Source: a virus
Virus record (IMG/VR): IMGVR_UViG_3300024262_000026
Location: 1 to 64,000 of that record
Strand: one strand, 5' to 3'
DNA: 64,000 nucleotides
The notes under the pieces are model-generated. The model had not been told where the DNA came from. It made no database searches and saw only the letters and a list, made by a program, of their open reading frames with translations. Each line of letters begins with the position of its first letter. Position 1 is the first letter of the stretch. Positions 19,078 to 29,736 of this stretch are shown piece by piece. A program made the translations under genes and the position numbers.

Positions 19078-22000
19078 TTAATCACATCCTTGAAATCCAC
19101 AATCTTGACATTCTTTACAACCATTTTGCCAAATAATATTTGTGCTTCCACATTCAGGACAAATTGTACCTGTAGTTTCAACAGAATCTTTTATCCATTT
19201 TTTTAAAATTCGTTTTACACCTGCTTTCCAAGTTCCAAAATTGAGTTCTTCTTCACCATTAGTTGCCATATTCATACCATCAACAATATTTAATACACTA
19301 GGTAGATGTATTCTATGTCTCAAAAATGCAGACACCATTTTAGAATAATTCCAAAATTCACGATTAAATGCTCTATTTAATCCTTGCATTGTAACCTTAT
19401 ATCCATCTCTATCCGTATATTCAAAATCATATCTTTTATGAATAACACCGTCACTATCCTTTTCTTTAATTTTAATAATAGTTCCATGTTCCACATAAAT
19501 AGGAATTTGAAACGATTCAGCCAAACCTGTAAATAACTCATATGGATATTTTTCTTTTGATATCTCATCTATACCTAAAAATGCTACCCATTTTTCTTTA
19601 TTATTAGTGAACTTTATAATTTCACATTCTAATCTTTTAGGTCTACGCTTTGCATTATTTTCTTTCATTTGTTGCTCAATACTCTTTTCATCATGAGACA
19701 CAATAACACCTTGTCGTGAACCATCACGATAGACTGTTATACCTTTACAACCTGATTTCCAACCAGTTTCATACACTTTAGAAACCATTTCTTCAGTAAC
19801 ATCATTTGGTAAATTTACAGTAACAGAAATTGAATGATCAACATATTTCTGAACTTCGCCTTGCATACGAACTTTTTCAACCCAATCAACATCATTTGAT
19901 GTCGCTTTATAATAAGGAGATTTTTTAATAATTTCTTTTAATTCGTCTTCCTTCATCTTCTTAACTTCACCAATATTATAACCATTGATTTCTAACCATG
20001 TTTCAAATTTATGGTGAAATACATTATATTCTTCCCAATGAACACCTTTATCATCAATAAAATCACTTCTAGAATCTTTATCATTAGGATTAATTTTTCT
20101 TCTTCTTTTATAAGATACTAAATATACTGGTTCTATACCTGAGGTTGTTTGTGTACAAATTGAAACTGAGCCTGTTGGTGCAATAGTTAAAAGTGCAATA
20201 TTTCTTCTACCTTTCTTTAATTTTTCATTCAACTCAGGATCATCATTTTTCAAACGACTAATAAAAGGATTATTGATTTCTTTTTCATAATCATAAACAG
20301 GGAAAGAACCTCTTTCCTCTGCCATTATTGCAGAAGATTTATAAGCATTAATCGCAAGTATTTTATGAACTTTAGTTGAAAACTCGGTTGCTGGCTTAGT
20401 ACCATACCTCAAATTAAGAGCAGCAATCATATCACCTTCAGCAGTTACACCTAACCCTGTCCTTCTACCCTTTTCTGACATTTCTTTAATTTTCAACCAT
20501 AATTCAGTTTCAGTTCTTTTAATATGTGCGGGTTCTGGATCTGTTATAATTTTTTCTAAAATTTTATCAATTTTTTCAAGTTCTAAATCAATAATATCAT
20601 CCATAAATCTTTGAGCATATTGTACATGCTCTGAAAATAATTCAAAATCAAAATATGCATCTTTTGTAAAAGGATTAACAACATATGAATATAAGTTAAT
20701 TGCCAATAAACGACAAGAATCATAAGGACATAAAGTTATTTCACCACAATTTTTCACACAAATACCACCTGATGTAATATATTTATCATCTTCAAAATTA
20801 GTAATTATATTATAGTTATGATTATCATCAACTGTTATATTATACACATCCTCATAACCATAAAATTCAATTTTCATAACTTTATGATTATTCACAACCT
20901 GATTTTTAAAATCTGCAAAAGTTTTATCATTTGAATTATCAAAATCCTTATGATGTATTGCTACATTTTTATAATCTACAAACTCATCATAATAAAATTC
21001 ATGTATCAATCTATATTGCCTTCTATTTCTAAATCTACCACCCAACATTTTCTGACCAGTTTGTGCAATTTGCCTATATCCTTTATTTGAACTAAAAGAA
21101 TAAAATGATGATATAGAATCTCCTTCTATTAAATCTTTTAACTCTTTATAAGTATTATTCTTCATATAAATTCTATGATCTGGAGTTGCTATCAACTCAG
21201 AACCATCATCTAAAGTTAACTTCCATACTTCTACATTTTTCTTAGTTTTTCTAGGATTTCTACCCCATTTAATTTCAACTTTACCTTCATTATTAGTCGA
21301 ATATACAGGCACATCTTCACCTTCTAATGCCAACTGTTTTATACTAACAGCATTTCTACCATCAGCAACAGCAATCAAAGAATCACCAACAACACACGGA
21401 TTCGTACTAATTGTCTTAAAACCATACTCTTGGTAACAATCAGGCACAGATTCTCTCATAATAGTGTCCCAAAATAATATACCAGGTTCTGCTGATTTCC
21501 AAGCATTATGAACAATTTTATCCCATATAGGTTTAGCTTCAACATCTTTTGTAAATTTTGGATTTTTTGAATCTATTGGAAAACTTTGAGTATATTTTGT
21601 ATTTTTACTAACAGCTTTCATAAAATCATCATGAATTTTTATAGATACATTTGCACCAGTTATTTTACCCTCTTGCATTTTCGCATCAATAAATCCACCT
21701 GAATCTGGATGTTTAACACTTACTGTTAACATCAATGCGCCTCTACGTCCATCTTGTGCAACTTCTTCAGTAGTATTTGAAAATCTTTCCATAAAAGGCA
21801 CTATACCTGTAGATGTTAAGGCTGAATTTTTCACTCTCATTCCCTTTGGTCTGATATGTGATAAATCATGACCAACACCACCTCTACGTTTCATTAATTG
21901 TGCTTGTTCTTGATCTGTTAAAAATATACCACCATAAGAATCAGCATCATTACCAATTACAAAACAATTAGATAATGATACCGTTTGTCTATCATTACCT

Positions 22001-22290
22001 ATACCAGACATAGGCGAACCTTGTGGTACCATATATTTGAAATTTTTAATTAAGTCAAATATTTTTTCTTCACTCAACGGATTTGAATATTTCTTCTCTA
22101 TTCTATGCAACTCACGGGCAATCCTTTTATGCATATCATCAGGAGTTAATTCATAATATACAGTATTATCATCCACTCTACCATCTATTGTATCTTTTAA
22201 TGAGTACTTATTAATCCAAACATCAGTTGCTAATGTATCGCCTTTGAAATATTGTAAAGTAGCATTATATACATCTTCTCTTTTGTACAT
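19078..22290 (-). CDS. nrdJ: Class II (adenosylcobalamin-dependent) ribonucleotide reductase, intein-containing
   Basis: SLSNCF, RRGGVG, EPG, STNP|CGE, TIAPTGS, KGITVYRDGSR, C-terminal CPEC..CQDC; no beta subunit adjacent. Confidence 0.93.
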   Translation of the reverse strand: MYKREDVYNATLQYFKGDTLATDVWINKYSLKDTIDGRVDDNTVYYELTPDDMHKRIARELHRIEKKYSNPLSEEKIFDLIKNFKYMVPQGSPMSGIGNDRQTVSLSNCFVIGNDADSYGGIFLTDQEQAQLMKRRGGVGHDLSHIRPKGMRVKNSALTSTGIVPFMERFSNTTEEVAQDGRRGALMLTVSVKHPDSGGFIDAKMQEGKITGANVSIKIHDDFMKAVSKNTKYTQSFPIDSKNPKFTKDVEAKPIWDKIVHNAWKSAEPGILFWDTIMRESVPDCYQEYGFKTISTNPCVVGDSLIAVADGRNAVSIKQLALEGEDVPVYSTNNEGKVEIKWGRNPRKTKKNVEVWKLTLDDGSELIATPDHRIYMKNNTYKELKDLIEGDSISSFYSFSSNKGYRQIAQTGQKMLGGRFRNRRQYRLIHEFYYDEFVDYKNVAIHHKDFDNSNDKTFADFKNQVVNNHKVMKIEFYGYEDVYNITVDDNHNYNIITNFEDDKYITSGGICVKNCGEITLCPYDSCRLLAINLYSYVVNPFTKDAYFDFELFSEHVQYAQRFMDDIIDLELEKIDKILEKIITDPEPAHIKRTETELWLKIKEMSEKGRRTGLGVTAEGDMIAALNLRYGTKPATEFSTKVHKILAINAYKSSAIMAEERGSFPVYDYEKEINNPFISRLKNDDPELNEKLKKGRRNIALLTIAPTGSVSICTQTTSGIEPVYLVSYKRRRKINPNDKDSRSDFIDDKGVHWEEYNVFHHKFETWLEINGYNIGEVKKMKEDELKEIIKKSPYYKATSNDVDWVEKVRMQGEVQKYVDHSISVTVNLPNDVTEEMVSKVYETGWKSGCKGITVYRDGSRQGVIVSHDEKSIEQQMKENNAKRRPKRLECEIIKFTNNKEKWVAFLGIDEISKEKYPYELFTGLAESFQIPIYVEHGTIIKIKEKDSDGVIHKRYDFEYTDRDGYKVTMQGLNRAFNREFWNYSKMVSAFLRHRIHLPSVLNIVDGMNMATNGEEELNFGTWKAGVKRILKKWIKDSVETTGTICPECGSTNIIWQNGCKECQDCGFQGCD
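20749..21396 (-). mobile_element. Intein (216 aa) at the catalytic NP|CGE motif of RNR
   Basis: Starts CVVGDSLIAV, block B ATPDH, block F DVYNITVDDNHNY, ends VKN followed by Cys+1. Confidence 0.92.
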
Positions 22291-22307
22291 TTCTTATTCT
22301 TATTTTT

Positions 22308-22970
22308 TTATATGAAGTTGATATTATTTAAATTATCTAAATATCCACTTTGTTTTAACTCATATATAATTTGAGTTGCATATTCTTTATCAAGCAATTT
22401 AAACATATTAAAAATGTTATCTGTAAAATAATATGATAGTTCTACGAAAATTTCAGATTTTGAATATTTTCGTCCTAAACTATCTAACAACATTCTATAA
22501 TAATCATTAAATGCTTGTCTATTAGGTTTTCTTCTATTTGATGTAAAATCAAGTGAAGTTTTCTGCTGTAATAAAGTATAAACATCATTAGACAACTCTA
22601 ATCTATTAACATATTCATCATTATGCTTACTTTCAAATTCATATGCGGACCCCGCTTCAATAGGAAATCCTTCTGACGGGGCATAATCTTCTGTTATATA
22701 TGAATGTTGTTCTGGTTCTTCTTCAATTTTACCCTTAAAGATAGTATCTCGTTTTAAACTATGTTTACCCTCAATTTTGTGATTATTGGTATTAAATTTG
22801 AACATAATATCAATATCATCATCCTCATTGTTCTCATCCGAATCATCTTCCGATTCATCAGCAGATTCATCATCCGATTCATCTTCATCAATTTCAGGAT
22901 CAATATCCAAATCAATTTCTTCCAATTCATCTAAATTTTCAGTATCTTTTAATTCTTTTTTACTCATCAA
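22308..22970 (-). CDS. Hypothetical protein with acidic N-terminus
   Basis: 220 aa in the replication operon; D/E-rich first 55 aa. Confidence 0.8.
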   Translation of the reverse strand: MMSKKELKDTENLDELEEIDLDIDPEIDEDESDDESADESEDDSDENNEDDDIDIMFKFNTNNHKIEGKHSLKRDTIFKGKIEEEPEQHSYITEDYAPSEGFPIEAGSAYEFESKHNDEYVNRLELSNDVYTLLQQKTSLDFTSNRRKPNRQAFNDYYRMLLDSLGRKYSKSEIFVELSYYFTDNIFNMFKLLDKEYATQIIYELKQSGYLDNLNNINFI

Positions 22971-22979
22971 TTTTCATCA

Positions 22980-24320
22980 TTATTTTACACCAGTAAGTTG
23001 ATCATTTTCCATAGTTAAAAACTTAGTATTAAAATCAAATCTTACTTGTTCTTCTTTATGTTCACCATCTCTTAATTTTAATATTTTCAATCTATAAACA
23101 TTATTTCTTTTCATTTCAGGATTTCTTATAATACCCCAAACTGAGTCTGCGGTATCAGCAATAGCCTTACTTTCAGGTATATCAGCCAATTTAATATCTG
23201 ATGCTCCCCAAACGGCTTTATCTACTTGAGTTGCGGTAATAAGTGCCACTTGATATTTGTCTGCGATTCTTCTTAATCCTTCGGCTAAATGCTTACCTTT
23301 TAAATATAACATGTTACCTGCATCATTACCCTTTTCAATAGACATAATGTTAATATAGTCAACTATTACCATACCAACTTTTAATCTTTTTACCTCTTCA
23401 AATTTCTTTATATAATTATCAATATCTGTTATTGTACAATCAGATGTATTATACTTTTTTACAAATATTTTACCAGGTTGTGAATCAAAAAGATCACCAA
23501 CTGTTGATTGTGATTTCAAATTATTTATTCTTTGTTTCATAAATACTGAATCCTTTGATTTTTCATCATATTCATCAATATTTATTTTTAATCTCATAGA
23601 ACCAATTCTCTTCATTACTTTTTGGTTTGTCATTTCTAATGTTATCATTAAAACATTAGTACCAGCATTTGCAGCATTACAAGCAATATTATGAAGCCAC
23701 ATCGACTTTCCAACATTTGTCTCACCCATAAGAACATTAAATGTTGATTTACTCCAACCACCACCTAATATCGAATCAATTGACGACCAACCAGATGGTA
23801 TGGTGTTCTTTAATAATCTTTGTTTATGTGTCTCAGGGTCATCAAAATCATCACCTAAATCTTCATCATCGTCATCAACAAGCATGACATTATTGAAGAG
23901 ATTTTTAAGTTTAGAGGCAACTTCTTGTATATTATCATAATTCACATCTTCTATTCCTCTAACCATATCAATACTCTTCAATACATCACCCTTTATTTGA
24001 TTTTGTATTTTCCAAGCCTTAAATCTTGGGGAAAGCCATTCATCACTTATATCAGTATTGTCCGACTTAAGTAACAATTGAATAACTTTCGCATTAATCT
24101 TATTATCCTCATCAGCCAATTTGACCATTGCATAAATTTGTTGGGGGCTAGGAATAATACGACTCTCACTCTTAAGATATTCTTCTCGAATGACGGTATA
24201 TATAAATTGTATATCTTGATTTTTGAAAAAATATGGCTCAACTTTACTAAATTGTTCAGGATTATCCATAATCCAAATAAAGTAATGCTTCTCCATATTT
24301 GTATTCATAGTATCAGCCAT
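22980..24320 (-). CDS. Replicative helicase (DnaB/T4 gp41-like)
   Basis: GETNVGKS, ITLEM, VIVDYI, ITATQ. Confidence 0.92.
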   Translation of the reverse strand: MADTMNTNMEKHYFIWIMDNPEQFSKVEPYFFKNQDIQFIYTVIREEYLKSESRIIPSPQQIYAMVKLADEDNKINAKVIQLLLKSDNTDISDEWLSPRFKAWKIQNQIKGDVLKSIDMVRGIEDVNYDNIQEVASKLKNLFNNVMLVDDDDEDLGDDFDDPETHKQRLLKNTIPSGWSSIDSILGGGWSKSTFNVLMGETNVGKSMWLHNIACNAANAGTNVLMITLEMTNQKVMKRIGSMRLKINIDEYDEKSKDSVFMKQRINNLKSQSTVGDLFDSQPGKIFVKKYNTSDCTITDIDNYIKKFEEVKRLKVGMVIVDYINIMSIEKGNDAGNMLYLKGKHLAEGLRRIADKYQVALITATQVDKAVWGASDIKLADIPESKAIADTADSVWGIIRNPEMKRNNVYRLKILKLRDGEHKEEQVRFDFNTKFLTMENDQLTGVK

Positions 24321-24345
24321 ATATTATGGTTAATTTTTATCTCTA

Positions 24346-25581
24346 TTATTCAAATAGTGAGCCATCATCTAAATCATCAGAGGAAATGATATTATCTGCT
24401 TCAATATCATTGAGTTTTTCATCAAACCCTTCTAATTCTTTAAGATATTCATCGTATGATGGATATTTAAAATATTCATAAATTATTGGTTCCATCGCCT
24501 TCAAAACATCAGCATTAAATACTTTTCTATTATAAAGTTGTTTTTCAGTTAATGATTTATCATCTAAATGCTTTACAAGCCACCTTGTCGATGGTTCATA
24601 TGTAATCTCACCAGTAGATTTATCTAAAACTTTTTTTGCTTTTGCGATTCCAAGTTTATCAAAATTTTCAAATGTGCAAAAGAAATCTAATCCTTTATAT
24701 GGATTTATACCTTTTGTGAAGTCAATCTCAAATTTAACCTTCTTAGGTTTTGCTATTCTATTTTTCGCAGATTTCGCAGTAATAACAGAGCCACTTTTAC
24801 CTAAATCTAATTCATCTTCTTGACCAGTTTTTAACTTTGCATCAGATAAAAATAGAATTACACTCGCTGCATAATATAAACCTTCACCTCCACCCATAAT
24901 AGTTTGAGGGAACATATCCATTGTTAAATATGTATGATTAGTCGCAACTAATGGAATACCTAAAAAACCTAAATCATTTGTTATAAGTCTAACGAGAGAT
25001 TTAATTTGTTTTGCTCTTGTCATATCTTGTTTAGATTTGAACGCAAGAACATCATCTTTTTCTTTTTCAGAAGCTAACATACCAATTGAATCGATAAAAA
25101 TTATTGTTTTTGAGACATCCAAACCTTCATCTTTCAATTTTTGTAACGCATCTAAAAATGATGTCAAAAACATTTTAATTTTCTCAACAACATTAGTTCT
25201 CATTAACATAAATTTGTTAGGATCAGTAGTGTCAATACCATACATTTCGAAATCTGTTTTCTCAATTGAAAACTCTGTATCTATCCATACAATATTATAT
25301 CCTTCAAGTTGTGCGTTTCTTGCTATGTTTAGGGAAATGAAACTCTTACCTGTCTGTTTAGGACCAGCAATTACAGTTATTTTATTGTTTGGTATACCAC
25401 CCTTCAATATACTTTTAGATAATAAGCCATCTAAAATATGTATTCCAGTAGATATAAAATGTTTTTCTTTATCTAATTCTTCAATAGTTACAATATCTTT
25501 TTTAGATATATTGTCAATTAAATTAGAAATTTTTGAGAAATCAAAATCCTTACTAGACTTAGCGGATTTTCTTTTTGCCAT
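24346..25581 (-). CDS. uvsX: RecA/UvsX-like recombinase
   Basis: ISTG, AGPKQTGKS, WIDTE, IDSIG, TNHTY, GGGEGLYYAAS. Confidence 0.9.
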   Translation of the reverse strand: MAKRKSAKSSKDFDFSKISNLIDNISKKDIVTIEELDKEKHFISTGIHILDGLLSKSILKGGIPNNKITVIAGPKQTGKSFISLNIARNAQLEGYNIVWIDTEFSIEKTDFEMYGIDTTDPNKFMLMRTNVVEKIKMFLTSFLDALQKLKDEGLDVSKTIIFIDSIGMLASEKEKDDVLAFKSKQDMTRAKQIKSLVRLITNDLGFLGIPLVATNHTYLTMDMFPQTIMGGGEGLYYAASVILFLSDAKLKTGQEDELDLGKSGSVITAKSAKNRIAKPKKVKFEIDFTKGINPYKGLDFFCTFENFDKLGIAKAKKVLDKSTGEITYEPSTRWLVKHLDDKSLTEKQLYNRKVFNADVLKAMEPIIYEYFKYPSYDEYLKELEGFDEKLNDIEADNIISSDDLDDGSLFE

Positions 25582-25630
25582 TTGTTTTGTATTATTTTTT
25601 ATTTAGACTTATTATAAATAAATCTATTCT

Positions 25631-25657
25631 TTATACAAGAAAGAACCAAAAAAGTTT
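25631..25657 (-). promoter_or_regulatory. Putative ECF-type promoter AAACTT-N16-TATAA of the replication operon
   Basis: Exact match to the motif upstream of the sigma gene. Confidence 0.6.
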
Positions 25658-25740
25658 TTTAAATTATTTATTGTTTTAAATAATTTTGAGAGGACCCTTT
25701 TATAAGTAATATATAATAGAAAATTATTTGTTTATCGTTT

Positions 25741-26139
25741 ATGAATTTTTATGTAGTTTTCGTTAAGAATAGGAAAAAATTTGATAAATATGTTAAAATA
25801 AATAGAGTTAGAAACAAGGCGATCATCGACATCAAACAACAACTGGATGAACATGGAATTGAGAATCTTGATGACTATAAAGACTATTTTAACCTATTAA
25901 TTTACACTAAAATAATTCAAACGTTTAGAAAAAAACGTGATGTTTATTATATACCAAATTTAAATAAAATAAAACACATTGGAATAGAAGATGTGTTACA
26001 AATCAAAGAGAACCTTGGTATAAATCATAAATTTAATTTATTATTATTTTTTGAAGATTTTAAAGATAGTGATAATATATCAAGTATCATATCAGATATG
26101 AACATTTTTGATGCCGTCCAAATAATAAGCGACTATTAA
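25741..26139 (+). CDS. Hypothetical protein
   Basis: 132-aa ORF preceded by TAATATATAA. Confidence 0.75.
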   Translation: MNFYVVFVKNRKKFDKYVKINRVRNKAIIDIKQQLDEHGIENLDDYKDYFNLLIYTKIIQTFRKKRDVYYIPNLNKIKHIGIEDVLQIKENLGINHKFNLLLFFEDFKDSDNISSIISDMNIFDAVQIISDY

Positions 26140-26169
26140 TTTCTCACCTAATACAAAGAAAGAAAAATT

Positions 26170-26179
26170 TTATATATAA
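26170..26179 (+). promoter_or_regulatory. Putative late promoter (TTATATATAA)
   Basis: Upstream of the baseplate cluster; another copy at 28325-28334. Confidence 0.6.
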
Positions 26180-26198
26180 GTAAAAATTACAATATGTT

Positions 26199-27836
26199 AT
26201 GGCACATTTCTCTGAAATGGAATTTTTATTTATAAACACCCCTGGCAAAAAAACACCAGCAACGAACACTATCGATAATACTGTTGGTGATAATGAGAGA
26301 TCCATATATGCATTAAATACCACAAGTACCCAACATTACTATGTATATAAAGGAAGGGAAGGAATAAGAGAAAAAGGTGTTGATAGCACAGGATTACGAA
26401 ATGAAAGATTATTAGGAAATCACAAAACAAAAGAAATTAAAAATTACACAAAAACAACAGTATATGAAAAAGGTTCAAACAACCCATATGTAGATCTAAT
26501 TAATAATTTTAATGGTACAAACTCTTCAAAATCTTTACTAATTAAACCATCAGACTTAGCATATCTAAGAGAATTAGGTGTGTATCCAATAAACAGAATG
26601 GTGATACTTAGAAGATTTGATGAAGGTTCAGCAATACCTGAAAAATTAGATGAATTAAATTCAGCACCAATATCAACGGTTATTGGTTGGTTAAAAGAAG
26701 AAGATAGTTTTGGTAAAATTAGATTTAATGAAAATTGGACAACTACACAAAAAAGATTAGATGAATTGCTTGGTGATATGATAAAAGAAAACTTTGCAAA
26801 AGGTAGCAATCTAAAATCAATTATGCCTGTGCCAAGTTTTGCCAGAGGAATACTTTTTGGATTAATGAGACAAATGGGAATTACAGGTGGGGAAGATTCA
26901 CCTTGGAATTGGAATAATATACCTATTGGCAATCCAAATGTGCTTCAAGAAGGACCATATAGAGACCCATCTACCCAAAACATAAAATCAGATATGCAAT
27001 ACTCATTTGAAACAACATATGAGCAAAAATTTATTGGTGATGTTGATCCAGGTGCGGCAATGATTGATATTATTGATAACCTATTAAAAATGGGCACAAG
27101 TGATATGAAATATTGGTTGAATGGTGAATCTGGAATAATACAATCAGCAAAAAGTGGAATTATGAAGGATGATATAAATTATTGGTGGTTACTTGTAAAA
27201 CGAGCAGTAACTGGTTTAGGTGAACTAATTAAAAAATCTATCAGCGCATTAAAAGCCGCAACAGGTGAAGCCGTGGACAAATTGCAAGAACTGTCACCAG
27301 GAGAAATTATGGAACAAGGTAAAAACCTTCTCAGGGAGACTTTAAAAACTGTAATGACAGCCACAATTGCAAAATATAGATGGGAACTTAAAGGTTCAAT
27401 AGAGATGATGACAGGTAGAGATAGTTCAACACCATGGTATTTAACCGTAGGCAATCCTTACACACCTTGGTTAGCAACCAACCATATAATAGTCAACAAA
27501 GTAGATATTGAAACAAGTAATGAAGTTGGATTTAATGATATGCCTATGTGGTTAAAAGCTACAATAAGTTGTAGTCAATCAAGAAATTTAGGTAGAAATG
27601 AAATTATCCGAATGTTTAATAATTCATTTTTGAGAGATTATTCTAAATATGATAAAAATCCTATGGGGGATAATATAAAACCTTTTGATCAAGCCACACC
27701 ATTGACAAGTGAAAACAATCCAAACAATGTTGGCACCGAATCATCAACGGAAAAAAGACAAATGTTAAATATACCTAATGTTGACACACAATCACAAATC
27801 AACAGTTTAACCACATCATTAAATAAATTACGATAA
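26199..27836 (+). CDS. Putative baseplate/tail-tube initiator protein
   Basis: Position in the baseplate cluster; PWYLTVGNPYTP..GFNDMP motif; inferred mostly from context. Confidence 0.5.
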   Translation: MAHFSEMEFLFINTPGKKTPATNTIDNTVGDNERSIYALNTTSTQHYYVYKGREGIREKGVDSTGLRNERLLGNHKTKEIKNYTKTTVYEKGSNNPYVDLINNFNGTNSSKSLLIKPSDLAYLRELGVYPINRMVILRRFDEGSAIPEKLDELNSAPISTVIGWLKEEDSFGKIRFNENWTTTQKRLDELLGDMIKENFAKGSNLKSIMPVPSFARGILFGLMRQMGITGGEDSPWNWNNIPIGNPNVLQEGPYRDPSTQNIKSDMQYSFETTYEQKFIGDVDPGAAMIDIIDNLLKMGTSDMKYWLNGESGIIQSAKSGIMKDDINYWWLLVKRAVTGLGELIKKSISALKAATGEAVDKLQELSPGEIMEQGKNLLRETLKTVMTATIAKYRWELKGSIEMMTGRDSSTPWYLTVGNPYTPWLATNHIIVNKVDIETSNEVGFNDMPMWLKATISCSQSRNLGRNEIIRMFNNSFLRDYSKYDKNPMGDNIKPFDQATPLTSENNPNNVGTESSTEKRQMLNIPNVDTQSQINSLTTSLNKLR

Positions 27837-27851
27837 AAATAACCACTTACA

Positions 27852-28307
27852 ATGAACATTTATTCATTTGACATATCATCATTAAAGTTAAAAGATAAAC
27901 TATTTAATCTATTTCAAAAAAATATTGTCTATAATATTGAAATTCAACTTTACACATATATAGTACCTAGAGAATATGAAATGAGGTTAGATTTAATTTC
28001 CAAAAGAATATATGGTTCGTCAAATTATGTTGAAGAACTAATGGTTATTAATAATATTATTAATCCATATTCAGTAAAAGAGAATCAAGAAATATATTAT
28101 TGCTCAGAAAATAATATAAATTATCTTTATGTTAAAGATGATTTAGAAGATACTGATGATATAAGAGAGCATATTATACGAACATCACAACCTAATAAAA
28201 ATCGTGAAACTAATAAAATTCCCACAACATTACAACCTAAAAATATCAAACAGGTTACTATAGACACTAAGAATAGGAAGATTAAAATCATGAATTCATT
28301 TAAATAA
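27852..28307 (+). CDS. Baseplate wedge protein (gp53/LysM-like)
   Basis: MRLDLISKRIYGS..LMVINNIINP. Confidence 0.75.
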   Translation: MNIYSFDISSLKLKDKLFNLFQKNIVYNIEIQLYTYIVPREYEMRLDLISKRIYGSSNYVEELMVINNIINPYSVKENQEIYYCSENNINYLYVKDDLEDTDDIREHIIRTSQPNKNRETNKIPTTLQPKNIKQVTIDTKNRKIKIMNSFK

Positions 28308-28353
28308 CGGGGTAAGTTGCATTTTTATATATAATAAAAATGTAATTTACAAA

Positions 28354-29727
28354 ATGATAGAAGTAAAGGAATATTCTAATATTAAACAAAGATTAATTGA
28401 ATTTAATTTCGCAGGTAATCAACCTGACAACGCATTAACAGATTATGCATCATCCTTTGATATTTTTCCTATTGTTTTATTAAGCAAATCTAACCAAAAT
28501 TCGGGCACAACAATTGATCCTAGTGCAATTTTTAATATCAGATTGTTCAATAACAAATTTTTACCAGAAATTGAAATGGTATGTATAGATGAAATTGGTA
28601 CATTAATTGACGACTTTTTTCCTTTTGATAATGATGTAATATTAAGCATTTTTGTAAAATCAACATCAGAAGAAACTATGCCAATTAGAATGGATTTTAG
28701 AATATTACAATATAATCCAATACAAGCAAGTATTGAAAGCACAGAAAAAAGATTCTCACTTAAAGGAATATTAGATGTTGAAGGGTTACACTACACAATA
28801 TTTGAATCATATCCACATGAAACTAGTTATAATGTTTTAAAAACCATATCCAATAAAATAGGTTTAGGATTCGCAACAAATATGAGTAATACTGATGATA
28901 ATATGACTTGGATAAACCCAGCATATACTTATTTAGAATTTATTCAGGATATTACTAAAAGAGCATATATATCAGACAATACCTTCGTTTGGTCATTTAT
29001 AGACTTTTACTATAATTTAAACTTTGTTGATATAGAAACCGAACTTAGCGAATCACCAAAAGTCTTACAATCCATAAATACAAACTTTACTGATGAAAAA
29101 AACGAAGAAAAAAAAGAAGATTTCGTTGATCTTTATCTATCAACAAGCGACAATTTAGCAATGACAAACAAATTTATCGCAAAATACAATCTAACTAACC
29201 GTTCATTTAACACAAATTTAGATTCAGGATATATTTATTCTTCTAGATGGTTTGATAAATCAACAAATACAATTGAACAAACACTCACTCAAGAGAACCA
29301 AACTGACGATCCAAATTTAATTCAACTAATAACTAATGAACCTATCGTAAATAATAATAAAGGTGGCACATTCTTAGGTAAAATAGATGAAGATAATGTA
29401 CATAAGAACTATCACTTAGCATTAACACTAAATGAATTTAATATATCTAAATTACATAAAGTAACAATGACAGCAACACTTCAAATGGTTAATTTTGAGA
29501 TTCGAAGATTTCAAAACTTATTAATAGATTTTTTTGATGTTAATATAACAAAGGATGATATCGGAGTAAAAGAAAAATTGTCTGGATATTGGTTTGTTAC
29601 TGGAATTAATTATAACTTCAAAAGAAATGGTGGAGCAACACAAGAAATCACATTAGTTCGTAGAGATTTAAATTTAACATATACAGAACTTCACGACATA
29701 AGAAACGAATTAAATCGAAAAAAATAA
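28354..29727 (+). CDS. Putative baseplate hub protein (gp27-like)
   Basis: C-terminal LSGYWFVTGINYNF..QEITLVRR; context. Confidence 0.6.
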   Translation: MIEVKEYSNIKQRLIEFNFAGNQPDNALTDYASSFDIFPIVLLSKSNQNSGTTIDPSAIFNIRLFNNKFLPEIEMVCIDEIGTLIDDFFPFDNDVILSIFVKSTSEETMPIRMDFRILQYNPIQASIESTEKRFSLKGILDVEGLHYTIFESYPHETSYNVLKTISNKIGLGFATNMSNTDDNMTWINPAYTYLEFIQDITKRAYISDNTFVWSFIDFYYNLNFVDIETELSESPKVLQSINTNFTDEKNEEKKEDFVDLYLSTSDNLAMTNKFIAKYNLTNRSFNTNLDSGYIYSSRWFDKSTNTIEQTLTQENQTDDPNLIQLITNEPIVNNNKGGTFLGKIDEDNVHKNYHLALTLNEFNISKLHKVTMTATLQMVNFEIRRFQNLLIDFFDVNITKDDIGVKEKLSGYWFVTGINYNFKRNGGATQEITLVRRDLNLTYTELHDIRNELNRKK

Positions 29728-29736
29728 TTAACAACT

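Noticed and set aside
25037-28742. Long antisense ORFs (25037..25606, 26444..26932, 27179..27454, 28443..28742)
   Set aside because: Opposite-strand shadows of well-supported genes, with no recognisable motifs.
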